The translations under genes were made by a program, and so were the position numbers. From Chitinophagaceae bacterium (GTDB lineage Bacteria; Bacteroidota; Bacteroidia; Chitinophagales; Chitinophagaceae), in contig JALHNJ010000004.1 in assembly GCA_022843585.1 (NCBI GenBank), positions 101,869-165,868 on the forward strand: DNA of 64,000 bases, written 5' to 3'. Position 1 is the stretch's first letter. Every line of letters begins with the position of its first letter. A model generated the notes under the pieces. The model was not told the origin of the DNA, searched no databases, and saw nothing but the letters and a program-made list of their open reading frames with translations. Of this stretch, positions 38,902-46,674 are shown in pieces.

Positions 38902-38996
38902 GACTAAGAGAAAAAAGAGGAAAGGAGAAAAAGAGTTAATTCGGCAACCACTAAAGTTCTTTATAGTTCTATTTTTTATTTATAAACCACTCATAT

Positions 38997-39032
38997 CTCT
39001 AGGGCTCTAAAGCCCCTTTAGGGGTTTGGGGC
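38997..39032. repeat. Intergenic motif, copy E (most complete)
   Basis: The sequence is ctctaGGGCTCTAAAGCCCCTTTAGGGGTTTGGGGc. It contains two adjacent small GC hairpins, gggct/agccc and cccc/gggg. Confidence 0.55.
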
Positions 39033-39045
39033 AAATTAGTTAACC

Positions 39046-39534
39046 ATGAAATCTGTATTGTACGTCGGCGCCTCGTTAATGATCGGTGCCAGTATTTATG
39101 GCTTTGTTGATTACAAACAAACAAGCCATAAAAAAGAGTTTACCAACATGTATGTAGAAGAAAAAGTAACGGAACCTGTTCCCGAAATTGTAGCTGAGGA
39201 AAAAGATGTAGCAGTAGTTAGCGAACCGAGTAAAATATCAAAAACCTCTGCAACAAAAAAGAGGGCAGTAGGGAGAGATAAAGCGGTTGACTACCCGACT
39301 ACAGAAGAAATTATCCCAATAAAACCAATTTCGGAGGAAGATCTGATAACAACCGGCGATAGTAAAAAAATTGAAGCAACGACTGTTACTGTTACTCCTT
39401 CTAAAGAGCATAAACTAAAAGTAAAGAGAAAAAAATTAAGCACTAAAATATTCAGCCGTGCACCCATGAAATATGATATAGAGGAAGTGACTATTACTAC
39501 CGCAAAGGCTGATACTAAAAAAGAAAAAGACTAA
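39046..39534 (+). CDS. Membrane-anchored Lys/Glu-rich protein of unknown function
   Basis: One N-terminal TM helix (VLYVGASLMIGASIYGFV) followed by a low-complexity charged region. Confidence 0.5.
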   Translation: MKSVLYVGASLMIGASIYGFVDYKQTSHKKEFTNMYVEEKVTEPVPEIVAEEKDVAVVSEPSKISKTSATKKRAVGRDKAVDYPTTEEIIPIKPISEEDLITTGDSKKIEATTVTVTPSKEHKLKVKRKKLSTKIFSRAPMKYDIEEVTITTAKADTKKEKD

Positions 39535-39562
39535 AAAAATCCAGTGTGTCTATTTGTGTTCC

Positions 39563-39589
39563 ATCCCGGCGGCGTACCCCTGCCGGGAT
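39563..39589. terminator. GC-rich hairpin between convergent genes
   Basis: 8-bp stem atcccggc / gccgggat with an 11-nt loop. It lies between the stop at 39534 (+) and the gldD stop at 39589 (-), and a T-rich stretch follows on the + strand. Confidence 0.5.
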
Positions 39590-40194
39590 TATTCTTTCCA
39601 GCGCATTGTATTGATCAAATGCTGTAAATCTTTTTTCAAAAAGTCATTTACAATGCTTAGTGAATCAGCATTCGGTGTTGCATCAAAATAAAGAGCCCCC
39701 CGTAAAAAATGCTTCGTGGAATCCGTCAAAAAGAACTGGTTTGCTGTAGCGGTGTTGCCACCCAGATCAAAATAAATCCCTTCTACTTTATTCGGCGTTT
39801 CTATCCGGCTCTCTTCAATACCAGTTGAAACATCCACATGCTGCTTATAAGCCATTTTAAAACCATCTTTTACCAACGAATCAAAACTTGCTTGTCCTTT
39901 TATTGCTTTATAGCTGATGTAAATTCTACCGGCAAACTGTGGTACATCAATGTTAATCCACCAATCACCGGCTTTATCTTCAAAAAAAGTAGTGTCCTTA
40001 CTTACCGTAGCATACACAGGATATTCAAATATATAAGGATAGCCAGGTTGGTCAAATAGTTGGTATTTCTTCTCCGGAAACTCAATATGAAAATAACCTT
40101 TCTTTTTGCCCACAGAATAATCGCTGTTGCAGGAAAGCAGATAGATAGAAAAAGGGAGAATAAGAATTATTAACCTGGTTATGTTGCGTTTCAT
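39589..40194 (-). CDS. gldD: Gliding-motility lipoprotein GldD-like
   Basis: Lipobox (YLLSC), KKGYFHIEFPEKKYQ near the N-terminus, a length of ~200 aa, and a position immediately downstream of a gldE-like gene with a TAATG overlap. Confidence 0.7.
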   Translation of the reverse strand: MKRNITRLIILILPFSIYLLSCNSDYSVGKKKGYFHIEFPEKKYQLFDQPGYPYIFEYPVYATVSKDTTFFEDKAGDWWINIDVPQFAGRIYISYKAIKGQASFDSLVKDGFKMAYKQHVDVSTGIEESRIETPNKVEGIYFDLGGNTATANQFFLTDSTKHFLRGALYFDATPNADSLSIVNDFLKKDLQHLINTMRWKE

Positions 40195-41528
40195 TACTGT
40201 TTTATTGAGACTTTTACCTGCTGTATCCTGTTGTTATCTGCCTGGAGAACGGTGAATTCAAAATCGCCGCTTGGAGTTACTGAATTTACTGCCGGGAACT
40301 CCCCTGCCAACTCCAGCACTAAGCCTGCTAATGATTCGCTTTCTCCCCGCACTCCATCAAAAGTATCCATCGGCAGGTGCATAATCTTACATATGTCATG
40401 TATCATCGTTTTGCCTTCAAAAATATAATTATTGTCATCAATTTTTCTGTTGCCACTTTCCTCTTCATCAAACTCATCTTTTATTTCACCTATCACTTCT
40501 TCTAAAATATCTTCCATAGTTACAATACCGCTGGTGCCGCCAAACTCATCTACTACAATTGCAAAATGAATTCTTTTCTGCTGAAAATCCTTTAGTAAAT
40601 CTTCAATCAATTTGGATTCTGGCACAAAATAAGGCTGCCGCATTAATGAATGCCAATCATAATCATCTGCTTCGCTGAGATGAGCAATCAGGTCTTTTGT
40701 ATTAATAATGCCTGCTACTTCATCCAAACTTCCTTTATACACCGGCAATCTGGAATAATGCAATTCTTCTACTCTTTTAATCAAATCTCCAAATGAGGAA
40801 TTATAATCAATGCCGCTTACATCTAACCGGCTCTTCATGACCTGCTTCACTGAAATATTTCCAAACTTTACAATCCCCTTCATTATATTTTTTTCTTCCG
40901 GAGAAGCCTCTTCATCTGTTTTAATATCTATGGCTTCATCCAATTCCTGCATACTCATCGCATCTGTTCTTTCTGCACCTACTCTTTTACCAATACCATC
41001 TGCCAGTGAAACAATCCATTTACTGATACGACGTAATAATAAATGCAGTGCTTCCACTACAAACGATGATCCGTAAGCAAAGCGAAGGTTATGCTGTGTA
41101 GCCCAAACTTTGGGTAAAATTTTCCCAAAGAAAATCAGTACAAATGCAATGGCAATTACTTTAATAAGAATCTCTACAAGAGTTCCCATTTTCCCGAATG
41201 AGATAAGCTGGGTCAATAAATAGTTAGCCAAAACGATAATGCTGATGTTAACAAAAGTGCCCGCAATCAATAACGAAGCATACACTTCCTTTGATTCCTC
41301 TAATAATGTTACAATTCGTTTAGCTGATGAATGCTGTTTTGTTTTCAGCATATTTACATCTTTATTATTAAGAGAAAACAATGCCACTTCTGCACCGGAA
41401 ATCGTGAATGTAAGCAACAATAAAATCCCAAGCGAAACAGCTAAGAAAGTAGTGCCTTGCGTATTAATAGCCAAAAAATAATAAGAGATATTATTGAATA
41501 TGGAAATAAGTACCGAATGATTTTCCAA
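40194..41528 (-). CDS. gldE: GldE-like CNNM/DUF21 - CBS pair - CorC/HlyC protein
   Basis: Four N-terminal TM helices (DUF21), two CBS domains, and the C-terminal CorC_HlyC transporter-associated domain. Context is gldD downstream and ssb and mutY upstream. The predicted start is a TTG. Confidence 0.8.
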   Translation of the reverse strand: MENHSVLISIFNNISYYFLAINTQGTTFLAVSLGILLLLTFTISGAEVALFSLNNKDVNMLKTKQHSSAKRIVTLLEESKEVYASLLIAGTFVNISIIVLANYLLTQLISFGKMGTLVEILIKVIAIAFVLIFFGKILPKVWATQHNLRFAYGSSFVVEALHLLLRRISKWIVSLADGIGKRVGAERTDAMSMQELDEAIDIKTDEEASPEEKNIMKGIVKFGNISVKQVMKSRLDVSGIDYNSSFGDLIKRVEELHYSRLPVYKGSLDEVAGIINTKDLIAHLSEADDYDWHSLMRQPYFVPESKLIEDLLKDFQQKRIHFAIVVDEFGGTSGIVTMEDILEEVIGEIKDEFDEEESGNRKIDDNNYIFEGKTMIHDICKIMHLPMDTFDGVRGESESLAGLVLELAGEFPAVNSVTPSGDFEFTVLQADNNRIQQVKVSIKQ

Positions 41529-41610
41529 AGCAAGGGATTTATATTATCAAAAAAGGCAGGTCATATGGCCTGCCCTGTTACAAACAAAGTTATTGTTTTT
41601 AAGTACACTA

Positions 41611-42036
41611 TTAAAAAGGAAGGCTTTCCGAAGGATCCCCCATTGGCATATCACCACCCATGCCTTCAATACCACCGCCTTCACTACCCGTTGCGCTGCC
41701 ATCCATTCTTTTGTCAAGCATAATCAGGTTATCGCCTACTACTTCTGTAGCAAATTTTCGATTGCCATCTTTATCATCCCAACTACGGGTACGCAATCTT
41801 CCTTCTATATATACAAGGCTACTCTTATGCAGGTATTTTTGCGCCAGTTCTGCCAGGCCCCGCCAAAGCACTACTGTATGCCATTCTGTTTGCGACACTA
41901 ATTTACCAGTGCGGTCCTTAAAAGTTTCTGTAGTTGCCAGTGGAAATTTAGCTACAGCAATATTTCCTTCCAGGTGTTGCACGTCTGGGTCTTTGCCCAG
42001 ATTACCGATAAGCATTACTCTGTTTACGCCTCTCAT
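41611..42036 (-). CDS. ssb: Single-stranded DNA-binding protein
   Basis: OB-fold N-terminus (VNRVMLIGNLGKDP, TEWH.VV.W), a Gly-rich tail and an acidic hydrophobic C-terminal tip. Confidence 0.95.
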   Translation of the reverse strand: MRGVNRVMLIGNLGKDPDVQHLEGNIAVAKFPLATTETFKDRTGKLVSQTEWHTVVLWRGLAELAQKYLHKSSLVYIEGRLRTRSWDDKDGNRKFATEVVGDNLIMLDKRMDGSATGSEGGGIEGMGGDMPMGDPSESLPF

Positions 42037-42149
42037 ATATCTATTCTTTAGAATTAATAAATCAATCAGGGGCTACTAATGCTATTTAAAGTTAATTCGT
42101 TTTTTATAGGGAAACAACAAAAATTAAACCATGAAGAATTAATTTAACA

Positions 42150-43256
42150 TCAGAATAAACTCTGCTGGACTCTTTTCTCTTTAAGGTATTGGTTGATGAA
42201 TTGCGGAAAAGCATATTTGGCCATTTTACTTTTTGTCACCCATACCCAACCATTATTGTCTTTAGCTTGCCTTTTTAGCTGTATGCGTATAAATTGCCCG
42301 GCTATTAGCTGGTGAGAAAGTTGTTGTTTAAACAGCGGAGAAACCGAGGCAACTTCATAATCTTTTTTAACCAACCATTTTTTCTTAGTGGCTTGTTGTA
42401 AAATATTTATTACAGCTAACTCTGTATTGGCTTCAATAAGCGGAAATTGATAAAGATCTTGCCAAATATCTTTTGCTGTTCTTTGTTGAATAGCTATTTC
42501 ATTTTTATACTCCAATACCAAATAGTGAAACCAGCGTTTCCTAATAGTGATTTTCTTTTCTTTTACCGGTAATTCATTTACTTTATTAGTAAGAAAAGCC
42601 ACACAATTCTTTTTAAAAATACAAATTGTACATAAGGGTGTTGCAGGCTTACATATTACTGCTCCAAAATCCATGATGGCCTGGTTATATAAACCCGGTT
42701 GCTTTTTATCAAGCAATTCATCAGCCAGTGCCGTAAAAAGTTTTTTTCCTTCTGTAGAATCAGTTGCTGTGTAAATACCAAAAACTCTTGCCAGTACCCG
42801 AAATACATTTCCATCCACCACCGCATATGGCAGATTAAAGGCAAATGAAGAAATAGCTGCTGCAGTATAAGGACCTATTCCCTTTAATGATTTTAGTTCT
42901 TCATAATCATCAGGAAATTTTCCTTTTAATTCTTTTGAAATAAACCGGGCTGTTGCTAACAGGTTTCTGCATCTTGTATAATATCCTAATCCCTCCCAGA
43001 GTTTGAAAACCTTTTCATCAGATGCTTTCGCCAGTTTGTGGATGTCGGGAAAAGCTTTTACGAAGTTGTTGTAATAATTTAACCCTTGCTCCACTCTTGT
43101 TTGTTGCAAAATGATTTCGCTGAGCCAGATCTTGTATGGATCTTTTTCTCCCTTCCAGGGCATTTGCCGGTTGTTCTTTTCTTTATTCCACTTTAATAAA
43201 AGGGGGGCAAACTTATTTTTTGGCAGGGCCAGATCGCTTTTTCTCATCAAGTGCAA
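42150..43256 (-). CDS. mutY: A/G-specific adenine DNA glycosylase
   Basis: WLSEIILQQTRV, the HhH-GPD motif (LKGIGPYTAAAI), the C-x6-C-x2-C-x5-C Fe-S cluster loop, and a C-terminal NUDIX-like domain. Confidence 0.9.
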   Translation of the reverse strand: MHLMRKSDLALPKNKFAPLLLKWNKEKNNRQMPWKGEKDPYKIWLSEIILQQTRVEQGLNYYNNFVKAFPDIHKLAKASDEKVFKLWEGLGYYTRCRNLLATARFISKELKGKFPDDYEELKSLKGIGPYTAAAISSFAFNLPYAVVDGNVFRVLARVFGIYTATDSTEGKKLFTALADELLDKKQPGLYNQAIMDFGAVICKPATPLCTICIFKKNCVAFLTNKVNELPVKEKKITIRKRWFHYLVLEYKNEIAIQQRTAKDIWQDLYQFPLIEANTELAVINILQQATKKKWLVKKDYEVASVSPLFKQQLSHQLIAGQFIRIQLKRQAKDNNGWVWVTKSKMAKYAFPQFINQYLKEKRVQQSLF

Positions 43257-43372
43257 ATTCCAGGTGATTTTACCGCTAAATATCTGTCATTTCTAGCTTA
43301 TGGCCTTAGCAAATAGGCTCAAAAAACTCAAATTGCCTGAAAAAAATTATCCCTATTTAGTTGACTATCATA

Positions 43373-43380
43373 TAATTTTG
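43373..43380 (+). promoter_or_regulatory. Candidate -7 promoter element (TAatTTTG) upstream of the HU gene
   Basis: Exact TAnnTTTG match 40 nt upstream of the ATG at 43421. Confidence 0.35.
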
Positions 43381-43420
43381 TCCTAAATTGTCACTGTAAA
43401 CCAATTAAAACCCTGCAACA

Positions 43421-43738
43421 ATGAGAAAAGCCGACCTGGTAAATCAGATTTCTGAAAAAACAGGCATACCTAAGGTAGATGTGCTTGTTACTCTTGAAAC
43501 TATGTTTAAAGAGGTAAAAGACACACTCTCTGCCGGCGAAAATATCTACATACGTGGATTTGGTAGCTTCATCACTAAAAAAAGAGCTGCTAAAATTGGC
43601 CGTAACATCAAGAAAAATATCGCCGTACATATTCCCGAGCATTATATTCCTGCTTTTAAACCTGCCAAAGAATTTGTGGCAGAGGTAAAAAAACTTAAAG
43701 AAGTAAAACCTGATGCAGGTCCGGGTGAAGATGCTTAA
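43421..43738 (+). CDS. HU/IHF family DNA-binding protein
   Basis: K.DLV..I...TG, F....L..GE.I.IRGFGSF and R.GRN..K motifs. It has a short Lys-rich C-terminal extension. Confidence 0.9.
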   Translation: MRKADLVNQISEKTGIPKVDVLVTLETMFKEVKDTLSAGENIYIRGFGSFITKKRAAKIGRNIKKNIAVHIPEHYIPAFKPAKEFVAEVKKLKEVKPDAGPGEDA

Positions 43739-43801
43739 TTAAACCTTCTCATACTACATTTTTATACACAGCTTTGGGGTAACTTCGCATCCTGAAATTT
43801 T

Positions 43802-44674
43802 TTGACAGTGAAGAAACCTCAATGGATTACTATTGGTGCAGCTTTGGTACTAACAGCTGCTATTTTTGTTTTTGGAAGAACTGTTCCCAACAAGAAAACA
43901 ATTGTGGCAGAGCAGCATAGTGCAGATGATGGCCATGACCATGGCCCTGTTGAAGCCGCTATTTCCATTGATACCATTTTGAACCTCGCCAAAAAGCAAT
44001 TAACTACAGAGCAAGTAGTTAGGATAAATAGTTTAGAAAATTCAATCAGCCGTGGCAATGTAAAAGACCAGCAAATTCATGTTTACCATCAATTAGCCAG
44101 GTTTTGGGCCGATTCTGCCCGAATTTTTGAGCCCTATGCCTGGTACCAGGCCGAAGCCGCCAGATTGGAAAATTCGGAAAAAACCCTCACCTTTGCCGCC
44201 CAACTATTTTTGGATAACCTGCAAAGCGACGAAGTAGCGAACCGCAGACAGTGGAAAGCTTTACAGGCCAAGGATTTGTTTGAAAGATCTTTGATGATTA
44301 ACCCGGATAATGATTCTGCCAAAGTAGGCCTTGGCGCCTGCTACTTATTTGGAAATATTTCTGCCATGCCAATGGAAGGAATAACCAAAATCAGAGAAGT
44401 GGTGGAAAAAGACAGTACCAATATATATGCCCAGATGATGCTGGCAAGAGGATCGTTAATTTCCGGGCAATATGATAAAGCAATAACCCGTTTACAAACT
44501 GTAAACCAGTTGCAGCCCGACAATCTGGATGCAATTTTATTATTAGCCGAAGTATTTGAACGTACCAGTGACAAAGCAAATGCTATAACATGGTATCAAA
44601 AAAGCATCGCATTCATAAAACAGCCAGAAATAAAAAAAGCTGTTCAACAACGAATTGACGAGCTTAAAAAATAA
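43802..44674 (+). CDS. Membrane-anchored tetratricopeptide-repeat protein
   Basis: An N-terminal TM helix (WITIGAALVLTAAIFVFG) followed by TPR-like repeats. The start codon (TTG at 43802 or GTG at 43808) is uncertain. Confidence 0.65.
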   Translation: MTVKKPQWITIGAALVLTAAIFVFGRTVPNKKTIVAEQHSADDGHDHGPVEAAISIDTILNLAKKQLTTEQVVRINSLENSISRGNVKDQQIHVYHQLARFWADSARIFEPYAWYQAEAARLENSEKTLTFAAQLFLDNLQSDEVANRRQWKALQAKDLFERSLMINPDNDSAKVGLGACYLFGNISAMPMEGITKIREVVEKDSTNIYAQMMLARGSLISGQYDKAITRLQTVNQLQPDNLDAILLLAEVFERTSDKANAITWYQKSIAFIKQPEIKKAVQQRIDELKK

Positions 44675-44741
44675 TCATTAGACCAATTAAAGGATTTAGA
44701 AACGTATTATATTATAAACAAGATTTAAAAAACATTTGAGT

Positions 44742-44837
44742 ATGCCTTGTGGTAAAAAAAGGAAGCGTCATAAAATTGCGACGCATAAGCGTAAGAAAAG
44801 ATTGAGAAAGAACCGTCATAAGAAGAGAAATAAGTAA
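44742..44837 (+). CDS. 31-aa Lys/Arg-rich protein, bS22-like small ribosomal protein candidate (not in the ORF track)
   Basis: The ATG at 44742 to the TAA at 44835-44837 encodes MPCGKKRKRHKIATHKRKKRLRKNRHKKRNK. A strong terminator follows immediately. The pattern resembles tiny basic ribosome-bound proteins of the bS22 type. Confidence 0.5.
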   Translation: MPCGKKRKRHKIATHKRKKRLRKNRHKKRNK

Positions 44838-44845
44838 GATGGTAA

Positions 44846-44907
44846 AAAGTATATAATGTAAATATGGTAGCCTTGTTACTGTATTTACATTATATACTTT
44901 ATTTTTT
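44846..44907 (+). terminator. Intrinsic terminator after the small basic ORF
   Basis: Perfect 19-bp inverted repeat aaagtatataatgtaaata (44846-44864) / tatttacattatatacttt (44882-44900) with a 17-nt loop, followed by attttttc. Confidence 0.7.
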
Positions 44908-45066
44908 CTGACTTTTCAGTCAACTGGTTGTTTGCCGTACTTGTTTGCACAAACCTTATTGCTCGCACAGTACTCCAATCATTCCCCGCACATATTGTAC
45001 GGATTTTCATCAGCCAGTACCGACGCCATCGGAACAGCAGAAGATGTTTGATTTATGTAAGCTGTA

Positions 45067-46620
45067 ATGAACAAAGAACTTATTATTAATGTTGCTCCGC
45101 AGGGAGTGGAAATTGCCCTGCTTGAGGATAAGAAACTGGTAGAACTGCATAGCGAAAAAAGCGATGCCCGTTTTGCCGTAGGTGATCTCTATTTGGGTAA
45201 AGTAAAAAAACTGATACCCGGTCTCAATGCTGCTTTTGTAGATGTAGGGTTTGAAAAAGATGCATTTCTTCATTATACGGATCTGAGTCCTTATGCAAAA
45301 TCGTTGCTCAAGTTTACGAGCATGAGCATACAAGATAAAAGTGATGAGGGTCTTGACTTCAGCAAATTCACTATTGAACCTGAGATCATTAAAACAGGAA
45401 AAGTAAATGAAGTATTGGGCGGCAAACCCAATGTGCTGGTTCAAATTTTAAAAGAACCGATTGCCGCCAAAGGTCCTCGACTAAGCTGTGAGCTATCGTT
45501 ACCAGGTCGTTTTGTTGTATTAACTCCTTTTAATGATATTGTTGCGGTCTCCCGCAAAATCCATTCATCGGAAGAAAGAAAAAGATTGCAGAAGATCGTA
45601 GAAGCAATCAAAACAAAAAATTTCGGTGTAATTGTAAGAACGGCTGCGGAAGGAAAAAATACGGCCGAATTACATGAAGATTTATCTGCATTAATTGAAA
45701 TGTGGAGAGTCATTCAGCGCAACCTGAAGAATGCTGTTGCTCCTGCCAAAATTTTGAGTGAGCAAACAAAGGCCACCAGTATGCTGCGTGACCTGCTCAA
45801 TGAAGATTTTAATAAGATCGTAATAAACGACCGCAACATTTTTGCGGACACTAAAAATTATATACAACGTATCGCTCCTGAAAAAGCAGATATCGTTTCT
45901 TTCTATCAAAACGGCTCTCCGATTTTTGATTCATTTGGTATTACCAAGCAGGTAAAATCTTCGTTTGGCAAAACGGTAAATATGGATAGTGGTGCTTACC
46001 TTATTATTGAGCACACTGAGGCATTACATGTTATAGATGTAAACAGCGGTTACAAAAGCGTAAGTAATAACCAGGAGCAAAATGCATTGGAAACAAACCT
46101 GGAAGCAGCAGAGGAAATTGCACGGCAACTTCGCTTGAGGGATCTGGGAGGAATTATTGTTGTGGACTTCATTGATATGAAACTTCCGGAGAATAAAAGA
46201 AAGCTGGTAGAAAGAATGGAAGAGTTTATGAGTCCTGACAGGGCTAAACATGCAGTACTTCCTATTTCCAAATTTGGCATTATGCAAATTACCCGGCAGC
46301 GGATGAAGCCGGAGATGAATATTAATACACAGGAAGTTTGCCCAAGTTGCAATGGTACCGGTAAGATTTCTTCTACCTTATTATTGGAAGATGATATTGA
46401 GAAGAACCTCAGCTATTTGGTTACACACAAAAACAGTAACCTGAAATTAGTGGTACATCCGATCCTCTACGCATATCTTACAAAAGGTTGGCTCTGGAAT
46501 ACGAAAATGGCTAAATGGAAAAAGAAGTTTGGTCAAAAAACAAGGTTGGAAAAAGATAGCAATTACCATCTTACCGAATACAAATTCTTCGACCAGCATG
46601 ATGAAGAAATTAAATTATAA
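45067..46620 (+). CDS. rng: Ribonuclease E/G family endoribonuclease
   Basis: S1 domain (GDLYLGKVKKLIPGLNAAFVDVG), the catalytic-core DNase I-like region (ALHVIDVNSG, GGIIVVDFIDM) and a Zn-link CPSCNGTG. 517 aa with no long scaffold tail. Confidence 0.9.
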   Translation: MNKELIINVAPQGVEIALLEDKKLVELHSEKSDARFAVGDLYLGKVKKLIPGLNAAFVDVGFEKDAFLHYTDLSPYAKSLLKFTSMSIQDKSDEGLDFSKFTIEPEIIKTGKVNEVLGGKPNVLVQILKEPIAAKGPRLSCELSLPGRFVVLTPFNDIVAVSRKIHSSEERKRLQKIVEAIKTKNFGVIVRTAAEGKNTAELHEDLSALIEMWRVIQRNLKNAVAPAKILSEQTKATSMLRDLLNEDFNKIVINDRNIFADTKNYIQRIAPEKADIVSFYQNGSPIFDSFGITKQVKSSFGKTVNMDSGAYLIIEHTEALHVIDVNSGYKSVSNNQEQNALETNLEAAEEIARQLRLRDLGGIIVVDFIDMKLPENKRKLVERMEEFMSPDRAKHAVLPISKFGIMQITRQRMKPEMNINTQEVCPSCNGTGKISSTLLLEDDIEKNLSYLVTHKNSNLKLVVHPILYAYLTKGWLWNTKMAKWKKKFGQKTRLEKDSNYHLTEYKFFDQHDEEIKL

Positions 46621-46653
46621 AAAAATCCCCTCGTTTAAAACGAGGGGATTTTT
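46621..46653. terminator. Bidirectional intrinsic terminator between rng (+) and susD-like (-)
   Basis: The sequence is aaaaatcccctcg-tttaaaa-cgaggggattttt, a 13-bp stem including a GC-rich core, flanked by an A-run and a T-run. Confidence 0.8.
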
Positions 46654-46674
46654 TATTGAGTTCTTTATGTATGA

